This document shows, one piece after another, positions 1 to 13,575 of a DNA stretch of 64,000 nt; position 1 is the stretch's first letter, and the number at the start of each line of letters is the position of its first letter. This DNA comes from Cenococcum geophilum. Lineage: Eukaryota. The notes below the pieces were generated by a model that saw nothing but the letters and a program-made list of their open reading frames with translations, was not told where the DNA came from and did no database searches. The DNA is taken from contig CP158635.1 in assembly GCA_050273025.1 (NCBI GenBank), positions 33,542,001-33,606,000 on the forward strand. The letters are read 5' to 3'. The position numbers and the translations under genes were made by a program.

Positions 1-800
1 ATAGAGCGTTTAAATATGTTATTAGAACACTACCTCCGCTACTATATTAATTAGTAATAGGATAATTGGATATTATAGTTAGCTTTAGTGTAGTATATAT
101 ATAATATAAGTATCTATAGTAGTATAAAAATGACCCCTTATAAAGTATTATTTGGGGTAAAAGTAAATAACCCCTAAAATATTAAGGATATTATTCCTAA
201 AAGAGAGGCACTAGCGGCGTCTAAAAGAATTAAGTAAATAAGAATTTATAAAGAGGAACTTAAAAAGTACTTACTAAACGCCTAGGCTATATAAAAAAGG
301 TACTATAATAAAAAATATATACCGAAAGAATTTAAGATAAAAGACGAAGTTTTACTATTTATAAAAAATATCTAAATAAAATGCATTAAGAAGAAGCTGG
401 ATTACTAGTAGCTTAAACCCTTTAAGATAGTTAAGAAAACTAAAGGAAACTAAGCCTATAAATTAGAATTACTAAAATCTTATTTAATATATCCTATATT
501 TTATATTTCCTTACTAAAGCTATATTAGAGAAGAGATAGTGCGGAACTGCCCCTACCTAGCGAAATTAATAGGGAACTGGAATAGAATATAGAAGATATT
601 CTAGACTAAAGATGGCGCTAGAAAAAACGCGAATTTTTAGTTTATTAGAAAGGATACTTTTAGGTATATAATAGTTAAAAACCTAAGGAGTACCTTTAGC
701 TAGAATATAATATTATAATTAAAACCTTTTTAAGAACTAAAGGTAAAGACTTAAAAATGGTTCCAGATATACTATAAGTAAAGTAATAGGAAAGACCCTA
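1..800 (+). pseudogene. pol 3' end (integrase C-terminus and chromodomain) of Gypsy A, RIP-inactivated
   Basis: Reads ERLN.LLEHYLR.Y, KKLDY..L.PFKIV, AYKLELL...IYPIFYISLL and *NIEDIL...FLVY*KGY; stops are TAA/TAG, derivable from CAA/CAG/TGG. Confidence 0.85.
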
Positions 801-2712
801 TAAATTAAAACTATAGGATTAAGTATAGGTATTAAAAACGGAAACGTTTTGCTATTATAATAGGGATCCTAGAATTCTATAAGAGGAAGCCTATAAGGAT
901 CTATAGGAGAACTACTAAGAATACTATTTAAAGAAGACGCTATATAAAAAGGAGTAGTAGCACTATAAGAAGTGGCCTTAGGGATTTAGCAAGATCCCCT
1001 AGGGATAAAAGGAGAGTATCTAGCCTAATATTAGAGATATATAATAAAGTTAATAGTATAAAGAGGAGTAAAAGGACAGCCTATAAAGAATTAGAAATTT
1101 TAAGGAATTATAAGGCACCTATAGGAATATTACCCGTTTATTATATATAGGGATTATAGTAGTATACTATATTTATATAGATTATTACTAAAGCTTAGAA
1201 TAAAGGCATCCCTAAAGTATAAAGTTAATTCCTAATAATAGGGCATTTTAGAGGTACCTAAGAGGCACTATATAAAGCTATTTTATAAGAAGGAAAGAGC
1301 TAGGTAATAACTTAAATACTAGCAGTAGTAATAGGAGCCTCCTCTTTTATTTTAACGTTATTATTAATAGTATTATTAGCTCCTCTATCCCTAAAAGCAT
1401 TAGTATTTTTACTAATATTCTTCTTAGAATAATAGGTATTAGAAGGACTAGTATAGGCGGGAGACTAGCAAAAAGAACGTTTATCTTAACGTTTATTACT
1501 ATTCTTAGTATCCCTAGGTTCTAAATTGGCGTCTAAGTAGGGATTAGAGAGATATTAGCTAAAGGAGTTAGTATAGTTTCTAAGTAAGTTACTAGAGGAA
1601 CTTACCTAGCTAAAATAGCCCGCGTAAGAGTATAAATATTATTATTAATAAGGATAAGCTATTTGTATATACGCTCCTAGATACTATATATTTAAGAATA
1701 TTATATCTCTATAGTAGTGGAAACCCTTATAGAATTAAAGAGTCTATAAGTAAGGGAAGATACTTTTTATCCCCGCCTATTACTATTAGGATATTAGTAG
1801 AAATCTTAGATAGCGTATTAGAGCCTATAAGTCTTATATATATAAATAGTAGGGATTTAGTATAATTAGCGAAATCTAGAATAGGATAGAATAGGAAATA
1901 CTAGGACGTAGGTCTTTCTCCTATTATAATAATAGGAGTACTTAGATTTATTTTTACTAGAGTAAGGTATCTTATAAATATAGGAAGGATCCTATATAAG
2001 AGTATAAACGTAGTAATAATAGTATTTTAGAGAAACTGCTATAGGAGTAATAAACGCTATCTAGGGTGTTACTAGGAGATTAATAATACTACCACTGGTC
2101 TAGGAACTATAAGCTATTATAAAAAAATATTTTAAAAAGTTAGCATTATTATAAGAAGATAAGGTAAGAATCCTATTACTTATAAATATATTATAAAAAG
2201 AGAATAAAGTAGCTATAAAAAAATAGCTAGAGATATAGAAGCTAAAAGCAGAGATATAAAGGAAATAGTTTACTAAAAAATAAAACAAATAGTATTATTA
2301 ATAAAAAGACGCGTAAGAGGCGATAGCTTATAAACTAGAAGAAAATTAAAATAAAGACGTTATTATTAGAATCTATTTTAGGTAAATAGGGATAGTAGTT
2401 TATAGATACATTGTATAGGATAACCTCTAGATTAACTTATAATAAACTCTTATAATAAGAAAGGTAAATCCTATCTAATTTTTATTATTATTATTTTAGT
2501 TCTATTATAAAGGTATTATAGGGAACTATAGTAGGAAAAGAGTAGAGGAACTAAGGATAAAGTAAAATTTTATACTAGTAAAGAACTAGCTATAAGCCGT
2601 ATTATAAAGTACCTTTCTACTAAGAATTTCCCTAGTAGTTTTAGCTAGAACTCTATAAAAGCTTAGTAAAGACGAAGTCTTAGAGGACTAAGACCCTTAA
2701 AGGGGAGGTAAT

Positions 2713-3090
2713 TGTAACGGAATTCCCTAAAAGGTATATATTAGATAAGATAGAAGGAGGTCTTATCTATATTCTAAAAGGAGGTCTTATTTATATTTTA
2801 GAAGAAGGTCTTACCTATATTTTATCTACGTCCTAAAAGATATAGTTAGATAAATAAGGGGTAAAGGGTTTTATTAGTGTCTTAAAAAGATTATATAGGG
2901 AGCTAGTTCTCCTCTAGAGAAGAACTAGTAATTAATTTCTAAATAGAAGTAGTTAAAAGCATTTGTCCTTTAATATATAAAACTTATTCTACCTTTAACT
3001 TACCTTTTATTTACCTTTAACTTACCTTTTACTTACTAGTAATACTATTAATTAGATAATTATACGTTTTAGTTAAGCTGGCCTCTTATA
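2713..3090 (+). repeat. 3' LTR of Gypsy A (378 bp)
   Basis: TGTAACGG...CCTCTTATA (RIP of ...ACA); same length and near-identical sequence to the inverted LTRs at 22912-23289 and 30324-30701; three internal ~25-bp tandem units GAAGGAGGTCTTATCTATATT. Confidence 0.95.
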
Positions 3091-3439
3091 ATTTACTATT
3101 TATTTCCTTTTTTAAATTACTAAAGAAAAGGTTTAGTTAACCTATTATAACTTTATTCCTAATAATAATATATAAATAGTAGAACTTATCTACTATATAT
3201 AAGCTATATATTTAGTTTAATAAAGGTCTATACCTATATATCTTATTATATTTAAAGGTATATTTATAAGTTTAAGAAATAAAAATACTAATAACTAATA
3301 TATATAATGCGTAACGCGTCCTATATATATATTCTAATACTAAACTTAAATAAAGATATATAGACCAATCCAGAACTTAATTATTTAGTCTTCTTATTAC
3401 TTCCTCTTATAGTACTAAGTGTGTCTCTTAATATAGTTT

Positions 3440-4250
3440 TAAAAGATAGATCTATAATATCTTTTTATAGTTTATCTTAAGAACTAAAGAATAAAATTTA
3501 TAAGCATACCCTTTACCTAGCTAAAGGCGTTATAATTAAGCTAGATAGTTATAATAATAATTTAAAATTTAAATATATCTAGGCTGTTATATTAGGTCTA
3601 TTATATACAAATTCCTAGGTTTATAATATTATACTACCAATTTTATATAGCGCGAATGTTTTTTCTTTAGAGGGGAATTATTCTTACGCCTTATAGTTTC
3701 TATAAACTTTTTCTAAATCTAGCTAATTATAGATTAAGAGGCTTAGTCTTTTAAGTAAACTTATAGTAGTAGATAACTATAATAACTAGGAGTATATAAA
3801 GACGCTATATAAGTTTATTATTGCTAATATATAGCTAAACAATATTATATTAGCTATACTAAATAATATAAAAGCCGGAATAAAAGGAAAGAATAAAGGC
3901 TAATATAAATAGTTTATATGGACTTTATATAAGGGTTTACTTTAGGTATTTAAGGGAGGCTAATTTTACTAAATTAGGATTATATACCTAAAGATATATA
4001 ATAAAGGCCTTAGTGTTTATAAATTTTATAATATAAAAAATTATATAAAGAATATATTAATTAAGGAGTGCTAATAACGTCTATATAAGCGAAGGAGTTA
4101 GTATTAAAATAATAGTATAGCTTATAAAGATAGCCTTAGCATAGTTTATAAGTATATTTATAAAATATAGTATAATATAGGGTATACTATTAAACGGGAT
4201 AGTAGCGGTTAGGGAAAAAGTACCGCTTTAGTTATTTACTAAATATTAAT
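3440..4250 (+). pseudogene. RIP-degraded fungal gene with an F-box-like N-terminal motif
   Basis: One frame reads FYSLS*ELKNKIYKHTL ... LLYTNS*VYNITTPILYSANVFSL, matching the common fungal F..LP.E.R..IY...L / LL...Q...E..PILY..N.F pattern. Boundaries approximate. Confidence 0.6.
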
Positions 4251-4491
4251 ACTAAAGAAGCAATATTATATAGACGCTAGATTAGTTATAAATAAAAAAA
4301 GAGTAAAGACTAAGGAAATAAAAAAGAAGAAAAAAGGGCTAAGGAAGAAAATAGAAAAGAAAAAAGGCTCTTTCTTTAATATTCTTAAGGGTATAAGTAA
4401 TAGTAGTAGTTCTTTAAGTAGTAAAGCGGAAAAAGAAAAACTTTTAATTAGTAAACTATTTATATAGAACTAAGGGGTTATAAAGTATATT

Positions 4492-4916
4492 TATTACAGA
4501 CGCTTTAAGTATAATATTATAACTACTTAAAAAGGAGTTAAAAAAAGCTAGTTAATTAATATAAGCACGGTCTAAAATAAAACCCGTAAAACTATATAAT
4601 AAGGAATAGTAAGTAGAGTTATATAATATAATCTATATAATCTATATAATCTATAAGATCTATTATAAAGCGAATAGAGTAAATAAAGTAAATAGAGTAA
4701 TAACTTTCTTAAGAGTACGGTTATATATTTAAGGACCCTTAGTCCCTACCTAGATAGTTCCTTCCTTATAGTAATTCTTAAAATATAATTAAAGTTAATC
4801 TATTAGGCAACCACTCTACCAGTTATTATTACGTTGTTAACTTTTATACTTATATTTCCTATACACCTAGTCTAATAATAAGCCTACCGTAGTTCTTACT
4901 ACAAAGTTCCATTATA
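4492..4916 (+). repeat. 5' LTR of Gypsy B
   Basis: Direct repeat of 12018-12442; ends TATTAC...ATTATA, consistent with RIP of TG...CA. Confidence 0.95.
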
Positions 4917-4960
4917 TAATTACTACCTAGTTATAGTATTAATATAAGAAGTTAAATAAT

Positions 4961-7930
4961 ATGCCACTAAAAGCAGCTACTATAACGCCATTAACGGCAG
5001 CAACTACTTTAAGGATAGGAGGTAATACTAGTATAGCAGATACTAACTTATAGCAACCTATAACAGTTAAACAGCTATAAAAAATAGTTAACTAGTTAAT
5101 AGCTAATAATATAGTATTAAAAGAAAGACTTAATAGGATAAAAGCAGTAAAGATTAAGCTATTATTAATTAAGAGATTTACTAGAGAGAGGTTAAAGCTT
5201 AAAGGATTCTTTATATAGATGCATTTTAAGGTCTTATAAAAGGGAGTAAAGTTACTTATACCTATAGATCGGATAGCCTATATAGGACTATTCTTATTAG
5301 GGAAAGTACTTAAGTAGTTTAAACCTTACTTTATGGAGATATAGGTAAACGGAATAACGACTACTAACTAAGACGTGCGATTTATATTCTTAAGTTAGGA
5401 AGGATTTATAGAATAACTAATATAGATATTTAAAGACCTAGAAGAAATAACTATAGTAGAAAAAAAACTCTAAAACCTTATATAATAAACTTTAGCAATT
5501 AAGTATATAATATAGTTTTAGACACTAGTAATATAAGTAGAGTAGAATAATAGGGCGCTTATAATATAGTATAAATAGGGACTTAAGGCTAAAGTTTAAG
5601 ATGTAATTATCCTAATAGAAGATGCGGATACCCTAAGAGATCTAATAGATTAGGTAATTAAGATTAATAATTAGATCTACTAAAGGGAATAGGCTAAGAG
5701 AGGCTAGGATAGAGTTCTATAGTTATATAAGGCGTAAAGTACGCAATAATAAAAGCTAAGTTAGAAAATATAGTATAGTATAGAGCTAATAGACCTAAGT
5801 GGTACTAAAGAAGCCTATAAAAGATAGAGTAAACTATAAAAACCTAAAGGACAAGGATTAAGTAATTAAAAGTTTAAGAAGTAAAGGCTAGATTAGGGAT
5901 CTTAATAGTAGAAGATATTTAAGCGGACTCTATAATAAGAGAAATGGTTTAAAGAAGGAGCTTATATAAATTATAGAAAATAGGGTTATTATATTAGAGA
6001 CTATAAAAGTAGGCAGAGTTATTATATAGTAAAAGGTATAAAACTAGTAGACAATATATATATATAGAGGGATAATAATATACTATAAGAAACAAAAGAA
6101 TATTTAATTAGAAGTTTTGCATTTTGTTATAATAATATATACTAAATTTATAAGAACGCTAAGTATAGTATAAGCTATTAGCTATAAAAGCTAGTACCTA
6201 TAAGATATAGAGGAACTAATAAACTAGTTCGCAGATTAGATATTAAGGACGATAAATTTAACCTAAATAAAACATTCCGTAATAATAAGGTAATAAGGGC
6301 CGCTTACTAGGAGTAAGTAAACCTTAAAGATATTATACTAGAGGTAGAGGATAATTCCACTATAGAATAGGGAACATTAGTAGGGATTAAAACCCTACTA
6401 GATATAATATTTATCGCTTTGCGAGATATAAGAGAAGTAGAATAGCGAACTACTTTAGTACTTAATAAAGGCAAAAGGCTAAAGGCTTAAGATTCTTAAA
6501 ATAAGATAAGAGATAACTAAGATTCTTAAGATAAGATAAGGTAAGCTTAAGGACCTATAATAAACGATAACTAATAGAGTAGAGTAGTAGCTTAGTTTAG
6601 AACTATATAAATAAGCTTAGGATAGAAGTTCCTATAGGTATAAGATTCTTAAGATAAGATAAGTGAGATTTAAGACTTTTAAAACGAGATAAGAATACTA
6701 AATAAGCCTAGTTAGACTAAGGTAAGAGCTAAGCTTAAGTTAAAAGTAAGCTTAGAATTAAAGAATCTAAGAGGTTAAAAATTTAGAGTATAAATTAGAA
6801 TACCTATAAACAAAAGGCAAAGAGTTTCTTTATAGATTAGAGAATTTATAATATAAACAGTAATTAGACTAGGAGACAGATATATAGACCTAGAAGACTT
6901 ACTAAGGGAATATAGTGTTTAGCCTAAAGATTGAAAAGTTAATACTAAGATTAAGAAGTATAAAGACTTTAAGGATTTACTTATAAGATATGACGTAAAA
7001 GAAACTATAGAGGAGTTTAGGGCAAGAATTACCTTATAGTAAGAGTAGAAACTAAATAGAAGATTTAGTATATTAGGATGTATAAAGAATAGAGTACTAA
7101 TATAAAGAATTACTAATAGGCTAAAAATAGGCATACTAAGAGCTAAGTAGCTTACTAAACTAAAAGATAAAGAGGATTTAGGGATTTTAACTAGGTTTAA
7201 GAAACAATATATAAAGGGCTGTTATAATATAGTAATAAGAAGATACTTCCTTATAGACAAACTATATATACTCTAGTAGCTATACTAAAAGTAGTATAGG
7301 TAAAGGCATAATAATAAGTAGGAAGATTTCTATATATAGTTAGATAAAAAAGTTATTTAGGACTATTTAATTATAGAGAAGGCTATAACGTATATTAAAG
7401 AAGTCTTAATTATAATGTTAAAGGATCTAGAGGAACGTTTAAAGGATTAGAGAAGTAAGAGACGTATTTTAGTACCTATAAATAAAGTTATAACGTTTAA
7501 ATTAGTATAATAAAGGTTTAAACTTAAGAATAAAGACGAGCTAAAAATTAACCTAAAGTACCTAATATACTATACGTTATTATGGATTGCGTATATGGAC
7601 AATATATACAAAATATATAAGAATCTAAAGAAAAAGAATTAGAAATACCTTATAAGGATATACTAGATAACAGATAAGTAATAGTATAGAAATACTAAAT
7701 ATATATATAGATAGTATCTAGCAGAGGTTTAAGAGGAAGGGAGCTTAATATTTTAATTAGGAAGATTTCTTATAGAAGAATACTTAGACGGATAATAATA
7801 GTAAAAATGCTTAGAAAATATGTGTCTATAGTATATTAAAGATAAAAAGTAAACTAGGTATTAGCTAAAGAGTAAGCTAAGTACATTAGGATTAAGTAGC
7901 TAATAGTTAGGAAAAGTAAAGGCCTATAGA
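4961..7930 (+). pseudogene. Extended gag relic of Gypsy B
   Basis: ATG at 4961; retrotransposon gag-like FTRERLKLKGFL..., K*GLKAKV*D and PIDL-type motifs; CCHC knuckle near 5963 (de-RIP CINCGKQGHY.RDC); then ~1.9 kb of extra Cys/His-motif sequence. Confidence 0.75.
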
Positions 7931-7989
7931 ACTAGAGGGAGCTAGTAGTAAAGCCTTAAACCTTTAAAGGAATTTAAGGATAATACCTA

Positions 7990-10900
7990 AATTTACAGAT
8001 TAATTAGCAAGATTAGTAGTTTAAAGCGCTAATAGATAGTAAAGTAACGCGAAACTATATTTTATTAGTAGTAGTTAAGAAAATAGGGCTACCTTATAGA
8101 TAAAAGGAGTAACTTTACCTATTAGTTATAATTTTAGGAGATCTAATAACCTATAAAGGAGGGATTATTAATCTTAAAATAGGACCTATTTAGATAACTA
8201 TTAAAGGGAGATAAATTAAGATATCTTTTAATATCCTACTATTAGGACGGGACAAGGCAGTATTAAATATGCCTTAGTTATAGGAATATAATCTAAGAAT
8301 TAATTAGATTATAGGTTAGGTTAATATTAAAGATACTTAATGCCGTAAGATGCGATAATAAGCTAAGTTAGTATAGTATTAAGTAGAAATAACCTATAAA
8401 GAAATAGAAAAAGGACTAAGTTATATACTAAAGAGATACTATAAGTATGGTAAGAAACTATAGTTACCGGAAAGTAAAAAGCTATTAAAGTATATAGTAT
8501 AGGACTATAAGATAGAGTTAGAACTAAAAATAAGTCTAAAGTTCTTTTTAATCTATAAGCTTACTAAAGAAGAAGGTAAAGTATTAAAAGAGTTTATCTA
8601 GGAAAATCTATAAAAGGGATATATTAGACCATTATAGTTATTAGCAGGTTATCTAGTACTATTTGTATTAAAGAAAAATAGTAAACTAAGGCTGTATATT
8701 AACTATAGATAGTTAAATAGCATTACTAGAAAGGATAGATATTCTTTACCCTTAATTAGTGAAATCTAAAATAGGATAGGTAATACGTAAATCTTTATAA
8801 AGATAGATCTAAGATAGGCGTACTATTAGATTAGGATTAAGAAAGGCGATAAATAAAAGGCAGCCTTTAGGTTAAAGGAAGGACTATATAAACTATTAGT
8901 TATATAATTTAGGCTTATAAATGTACTAGTAATGTTTTAAAAGCGTATTAATAACGTATTAGGGGAATACTTAGATGAATTTGTTATAGTATATTTTAAT
9001 AATATTATTATTTACTTAATAATTAAGGAGGAATACGGGGAATATATTAAATAGGTCTTAAAGAGATTATAAGAAGAATAGATACTAGTAGCAATTAAAA
9101 AATGTAAGTTCTTTACTAAGAAGACTAATTTTATTAGATTTATTATTAAACTAGACTAACTTAGTATAGATCTAAAAAAGATTAAGGCTATAGTAAATTA
9201 GTAGAAACTAGAGAACGTTATATAGTTAAGATTGTTTTTAGGGTTTTATAATTACTATAAAAGGTTTATAGCATAGTAGTTAAAGAATATTAAGCTATTT
9301 ATACAGCTAATAAAGAAAGAAGAACTATAGGTATAGGGAGAGAAGTAAAAAGAACTCTTTAAAAAAGTTAAAGAGTTATTTACCTAGGAGCTAGTTTTTA
9401 AGATCTATTAACTAGGACTAGAGACGGTTATAAAAATAAATATATTAGACTATATATTAGGGGCATACTTTATATAAAGGTATTAAAATAGATGGCACTT
9501 AGTAGTATACTATAGTTAGAAGATAACACTACTAAAGTTAAACTATAATATCTATAATAAGGAGTTATTAGGTATAGTTATAGTATTAAAGAAATAGAAA
9601 GTATTTTTATAAGGTATAAAGAAACTATTTATAGTTAAAACGGATTATAAAAACCTAATAGGATTCCTAATAATAAAGGAACTTAACTAAAGATAGGTTA
9701 AATAGGCAGAAATACTTATAAAATACTATTTTAAGATTTAGTATACTAAAGGTATAGATAATACGCAGGTAGATACTCTAAGCTGTAAAGCTAAGCTATA
9801 AAATAAGGAAAAGCTATTAGGGGCTTTATTATAAAAAGATATAGATAGATTAATTAGGTATAATTATCCAAAAATTATAGCAACTTAAAAAAATAACGAA
9901 CTAGAGAAAGTCTATAAAATATTAAAAAGCTTTTAGGTATAAAGAATTCTAAAAGTATAGCTAGAAGATCTATAGATGGATATATACGAAAATTAAAAAG
10001 TAAAGTATATCCTAAAAAGTATAGTAGAGTAGTTTATAAAGGACTTTTATAAGGGACTAACTTAAGAATATAATAGAGCTATGGGCTTAGTATTAAGACT
10101 CTAGGAGAAGTATATTATTAATAGAATTTAAAAAATAGCTAAAAGGGTTATAAAGAAATATTTAAATTACTAAAGAAATAAACTAATAAGGTATAAGCTA
10201 TATAGAAGGCTATAACCTATTAAAATACTAGAGAGACTATAGGAGGTTATATTATAGGACTTTATTATTAAGTTGCCAAAATTAAGAGATCCTATTATTA
10301 GATAAGATTATAATATAATTTTAGTAATAGTAGATAAGCATATAAAGTGGGGATACTTTATAGTATATATAGAAGAAATCTTAGTAGAAAATATTGCTAG
10401 AATCTATATTAAAGAAGTATTTATAAGATATAGAGCACTAAATAAAATTATATTAGATAGAGATCTAAGATTTATAATAGTATTCTAGAAAGTGTTCTTA
10501 GTAAAGTAAGAAGTTTAAATAACAATTTTTACTATATATTATCTATAGACAGACGGTTAAATAGAAAGATTAAATTAGATGCTAGAGTAGTACCTAAGGT
10601 ATTATATTAATTATATATAGAATAATTAGGTATTACTATTACTAGTTATATAGTTTATATACAATATAATACCTTAAGAAGAAATAGGCATATTACTATT
10701 TAAGGTAAATTATAGATATAAGCCGAAAATATTATTATTACTATAGTAAGTAAAGAAAATAAGTAGTATAGCTAAAGAAAGAATAAAGATATTAATAAAT
10801 CTTTATATAGACCTTATAGAATTAGTAAAGAAAGTATAAAAGAAAATAAAAAAGTACTATAATGCTAAGAGATCTAAGGGACTAGATCTTAAGGAGGGAG

Positions 10901-11325
10901 ATAAAGTATAGCTACTATATAAAAATTTTAAGAGTTAATAACTAAGTAAGAAGTTAGACTATATTAGACTAGGACCTTTTAAAATTATATAAAGGATTTT
11001 ACTAATTACGTTTAAGTTAAACCTACTAGCTAAAATAAAGATCTACCCTATATAGTATATTATAATACTAAAGCTAATATATAGGAATATTAAGCCACTA
11101 GTTTATAAAGCAGATATATATAGAGAATAAAAAAAAAACAAATAGTAAGTATTAAAGATTATTAATTATAAGGATATTAATAATAAAATATAGTATAAGG
11201 TTAAGTAAATAGGCTATATTAAGACTACCTAAGAGCTATTAAAGAATTTAAAGAACGCTATAGGAAAGGTATAGAAGTATTAAAAGAGATTAGGTTAGGT
11301 AGTATTAATAATAAAAAATTATTAA
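7990..11325 (+). pseudogene. pol relic of Gypsy B (protease, RT, RNase H, integrase, chromodomain)
   Basis: ALIDS at ~8026; LRLYINYR*LN at ~8686; YFNN (YxDD) at ~8991; NYNIYNKELL RNase H at 9541; YL*TDG*IERLN at ~10540; chromodomain at ~11140-11280. Confidence 0.9.
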
Positions 11326-11389
11326 AGAATAAGTTACCTAAGGGGGACCTAAAAAAAGTAGTTACTAAACTACTTAGATCTATTTCCTT

Positions 11390-11960
11390 CTTTATTAAAA
11401 GAAAATCCATTTTTTTATTACCTAGTTCCTATAAACCTTACTTTATAAGTTTTTACTCTTTAAAGCGAACCTTTTTATAAATATATTAAAGACGCTAAAT
11501 TTTTATAAAGGTAAACTACTAAGCCTTAAGGGTATAAGTAAATTCTTTAGATTAATAATAGGCTTCTACTAGTACTACGGTAAGATTACCCTTAAGTTTT
11601 TCTACCTTAGATTAAATATAAAACCCTAAGATAAATTAATTAGGGAACTAAATAACTATTAAGAGTAATAGGTCGCGTATATTTAATATTAAAGATAAAG
11701 CAAATATTATAGGATAACTAAATATTTACTTTAGTATACTTTAAATAAGAGGAAGGTTACTAGGATAAAGGACTTACTAATATAATATAAACTAGCCCCT
11801 TTTTTATATAATAAGAATATAAAGAAGGTATTATTTTACTAAAAGATAATATTATAATAATAGTATAAGACTAACGGACTATAGAGGAAGAAGAAGGTGC
11901 TTTAGGTATTATAAGTAATAATATTAACTAAATTAATTAGATAAATATTATACCTTTAGT
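11390..11960 (-). pseudogene. Antisense Zn2Cys6-like ORF relic in the 3' region of Gypsy B
   Basis: 11819->11709 gives C-x2-C-x6-C-x13-C-x2-C-x8-C if TAT codons are reverted to TGT. Outer limits approximate. Confidence 0.55.
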
Positions 11961-12017
11961 AAATAACTTAGAGATATTAGGTATCTTTAAGGATAAAGAT
12001 AAAAAGAAGGGAGATAG

Positions 12018-12442
12018 TATTATGGACGCTTTAAGTATAATATTATAACTACTTAGAAAGAAGTTAGAAGAAGCTAGTTAGTTAATATAAGTATAGTTTA
12101 AAATAAAACCCGTAAAACTATATAATAAGAAATAGTAAGTAGAGTTATATAATATAATTTATATAATTTATATAATCTATAAGATCTATTATAAAGTAAA
12201 TAGAGTAGATAAAGTAGATAAAGTAATAACTTTTTTAAGAGTATAGTTGTATATTTAAGGACCCTTAGTCCCTACCTAGATAATTTCTTCCTTATAGTAA
12301 TTTTTAGAATATAATTAAAGTTAATTTATTAGGTAACTACTCCACTAGTTATTATTATATTGTTAACTTTTATACTTATATTTCCTATATACTTAGCCTA
12401 ATAATAAGCCCACCGTAGTTCTTACTATAAAGTTCCGTTATA
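12018..12442 (+). repeat. 3' LTR of Gypsy B
   Basis: Direct repeat of 4492-4916, preceded by the polypurine tract and followed by TSD ATATT. Confidence 0.95.
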
Positions 12443-13454
12443 ATATTACTAGGGCTTATAAGGCGTAAAAGTATAAAAGTAAGTATAGTATAGGTAACTT
12501 TAGTAATAGGCCTATACTAAATATACTAGAATATTTTTTAGATTTTTAGTAAAATATAGGTTACTAGCTATATAGGATTTATAATTTATATAACGCTATA
12601 GTTAGCTACTAGCTAAATAAATATAGGTATTAGGGTAAGTTTAAAGAGGTATAAAGGATACTATAACTTCTATAAAAAGTAAAAATAAAGGTAGTAGGTA
12701 GAAAAAAGGTAGTAGGGTAATATTATTTCTACTTATTTCTATAGTAGCTTTACTATAGGTTTTAGTATAAAAAGTAAATAGATTTAAAGTAGGGTAGTAA
12801 ATAAGAGGTAAAGATAAAGGGTATATTTTATAAAGTTATAGGGTATAAAAATGCTAAAGTAGCGTAGTAGACTATTATAGTATTAATAGCGTTTAAAAAT
12901 AGGGTGTTAGTTAAGGGTCTTTATAACTAAATAGCTTAGGTAAACTTAAATAATAAGGTAGTAATATAAAAATAAATAGGTAAGTAGTACTAATATAATA
13001 GCTTTAGTATCCTTAAAATTTTATATATATTAAAGATACTAAAAGGAGTATATAAGGAGTTAATAAAAATTATTAAGTATAATAAGTATTATAATATAAA
13101 GGAAGAAAAAAGGGTAGAATTTTACTTTTATTAAAGATTATAAGTTTAAGAATATAGTTATATAGTTAGGGAGGAATATTTAATAGTATAAAGTAAAAAG
13201 TATAAAAATATATAAAGTATTTATAGAGTTTTTATTAAATATAAGGATATAAAGAAATTAATTTATTTTAATATATTAATATTATAAATATAAAGGCTTA
13301 ATTAAAAGAATAAGAATTTATTAGTAGCTAGTAAATAAAAATTTTAAAATAAAATTTTAAAAAAAATTAAAGAAAGAATATATCTATATATATAGCGCTA
13401 AGGCTTAGCTAAGCCCCTAACTAAGGTCTATATTAGTGCCGTAATAATAAAAAA

Positions 13455-13575
13455 AGTTAATTTTAGTATATTAATATTATAAAAGAGATAATTTTAGTAT
13501 ATTAATATTATAAAAGAGTTAATTTTAGCGTTTTAATATTATAAAAAAGGTTAATTTTAGTATATTAATATTATA
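13455..13575 (+). repeat. ~32-bp unit array (4 copies); two more units at 14192-14252
   Basis: Unit GTTAATTTTAGTATATTAATATTATAAAAGA; RIP-eroded version of the unit at 46670-47185, 54755-54932 and 57025-57575. Confidence 0.8.

Larger units (their letters stand above)
1..3090 (+). mobile_element. Ty3/Gypsy (chromovirus) LTR retrotransposon family A, 3' part truncated by the window edge, RIP-mutated
   Basis: Integrase C-terminus and chromodomain relic at 1-~720; polypurine tract AAAGGGGAGGTAAT ending 2712; LTR starts TGTAACGG at 2713. The segment is the reverse complement of 22912-26004 apart from mainly transition differences. Confidence 0.95.
4492..12442 (+). mobile_element. Complete Ty3/Gypsy chromovirus, family B (7951 bp), RIP-mutated
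   Basis: 425-bp LTRs at 4492-4916 and 12018-12442; 5-bp TSD ATATT (4487-4491 and 12443-12447); polypurine tract AAAAAGAAGGGAGATAG before the 3' LTR; gag-PR-RT-RH-IN-chromodomain order. Confidence 0.96.
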
